Assembly (NCBI RefSeq): GCF_000143415.4
Contig: NW_003314380.1
Coordinates: 289,227 to 353,226 of the forward strand
Direction: 5' to 3'
Length of the DNA: 64,000 nucleotides
Source: Selaginella moellendorffii
Taxonomy: Eukaryota > Plantae > Lycopodiophyta
Part shown: in pieces, positions 63,479 through 64,000 of the stretch
Position numbering within the stretch: the stretch's first letter is position 1
How the letters are laid out: every line of letters starts with the position of its first letter
Program-made: the position numbers and the translations under genes
The notes under the pieces: model-generated
What the model saw: the letters and a program-made list of their open reading frames with translations, nothing else
What the model was told of the DNA's origin: nothing
Databases searched by the model: none

Positions 63479-64000
63479 TATAAGGAACCAACTCCCCAAG
63501 GTGTCATAAGCTAAAGGATCCCCGAAACACGACCAAAATGATAAAGAGTTTATCTGATGGGACCGAGCCTAAGATCGAGTCCAAGACCGACTTTGAGACC
63601 GAGTTCGAGACAGAGTCCAGGATCAAATCCAAGGATGACTCCGAGACCAAGTTCGAGAGAGAGTCCGAGATCGAGTCCAAGGCCAACTCTGAGACCGAGT
63701 TCGAGACTGAATTCGAGATCGAGTTCGAGACCAAGTCCAAGATCCAAGATCGGGTCCAAGACCGAGTCCAAGGTCGCGTCTGAGACAGAGTCTGAAATCA
63801 GGTCCGAGATTGAGTTTGAGTTTGAGTTTGAGTCCGAGTCCGAGGTTGGGTTCGAAATCAAGTCCGAGATCGAGTCCAAGATCGAGTCCGAATACTAATA
63901 CAGGTCAAGGGGTGAAAGCCCAAAGTGTGTGTCTTCTAGGGGGGGGGGGGGGGGGGCGCCAGGCCTTTAAGGGGGGTTCCCAAAAAATATGAAAAAAAGT
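63479..64000 (+). mobile_element. Second family X LTR copy, running off the window
   Basis: TATAAGGAACCAACTCCCCAAG (TG changed to TA) is homologous to 56072 onward, with the hexamer array, GGGGTGAAAGCCCAAAG and poly-G. Confidence 0.85.

Noticed and set aside
55562-63992. ETETET, SRSRPR and LGLGL ORFs as proteins
   Set aside because: By-products of stop-free hexamer arrays inside LTRs, open in several frames at once.

Overview
Eukaryotic land-plant DNA. Very short (mostly about 45-70 bp) introns, tight gene packing and a PLS-E-type PPR remnant suggest Selaginella or a similar compact seed-free plant genome; this is inference. Layout: (1) 1-2.2 kb, degenerate non-chromovirus (Athila/Tat-like) Ty3/Gypsy pol. 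(2) 3.3-9.5 kb, seven tandem 888-bp units with a 3-unit (about 2.66 kb) higher-order period and a nearly open reading frame. (3) 10.0-10.8 kb, gene fragments (possible ARM-like fragment, PPR-E pseudogene), then AT-rich DNA. (4) 12.4-50.5 kb, dense gene block: MET1/ZKT; two head-to-head callose synthases (a canonical GSL8/GSL10-type gene and a divergent, N-terminally truncated paralog); FBL15/SLOMO; a CCHC-SHAQKYF MYB; FBL11; OBAP1; AAF/OSA15; a candidate small spliced orphan gene; a purine permease; a cereblon homolog; a non-canonical BZR/BES factor. (5) 50.7-64 kb, nested decayed Gypsy elements, including a chromovirus with LTR, PBS, gag-pol and an interrupted chromodomain, two inverted LTR pairs carrying hexamer arrays, and two 100-N gaps. 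The best novelty candidates are the divergent CalS pair, the structured 888-bp array, the repeated inverted-LTR fold-back architecture and the orphan gene. All family assignments come from recognised motifs, not database searches. Spliced-gene coordinates are outer spans.
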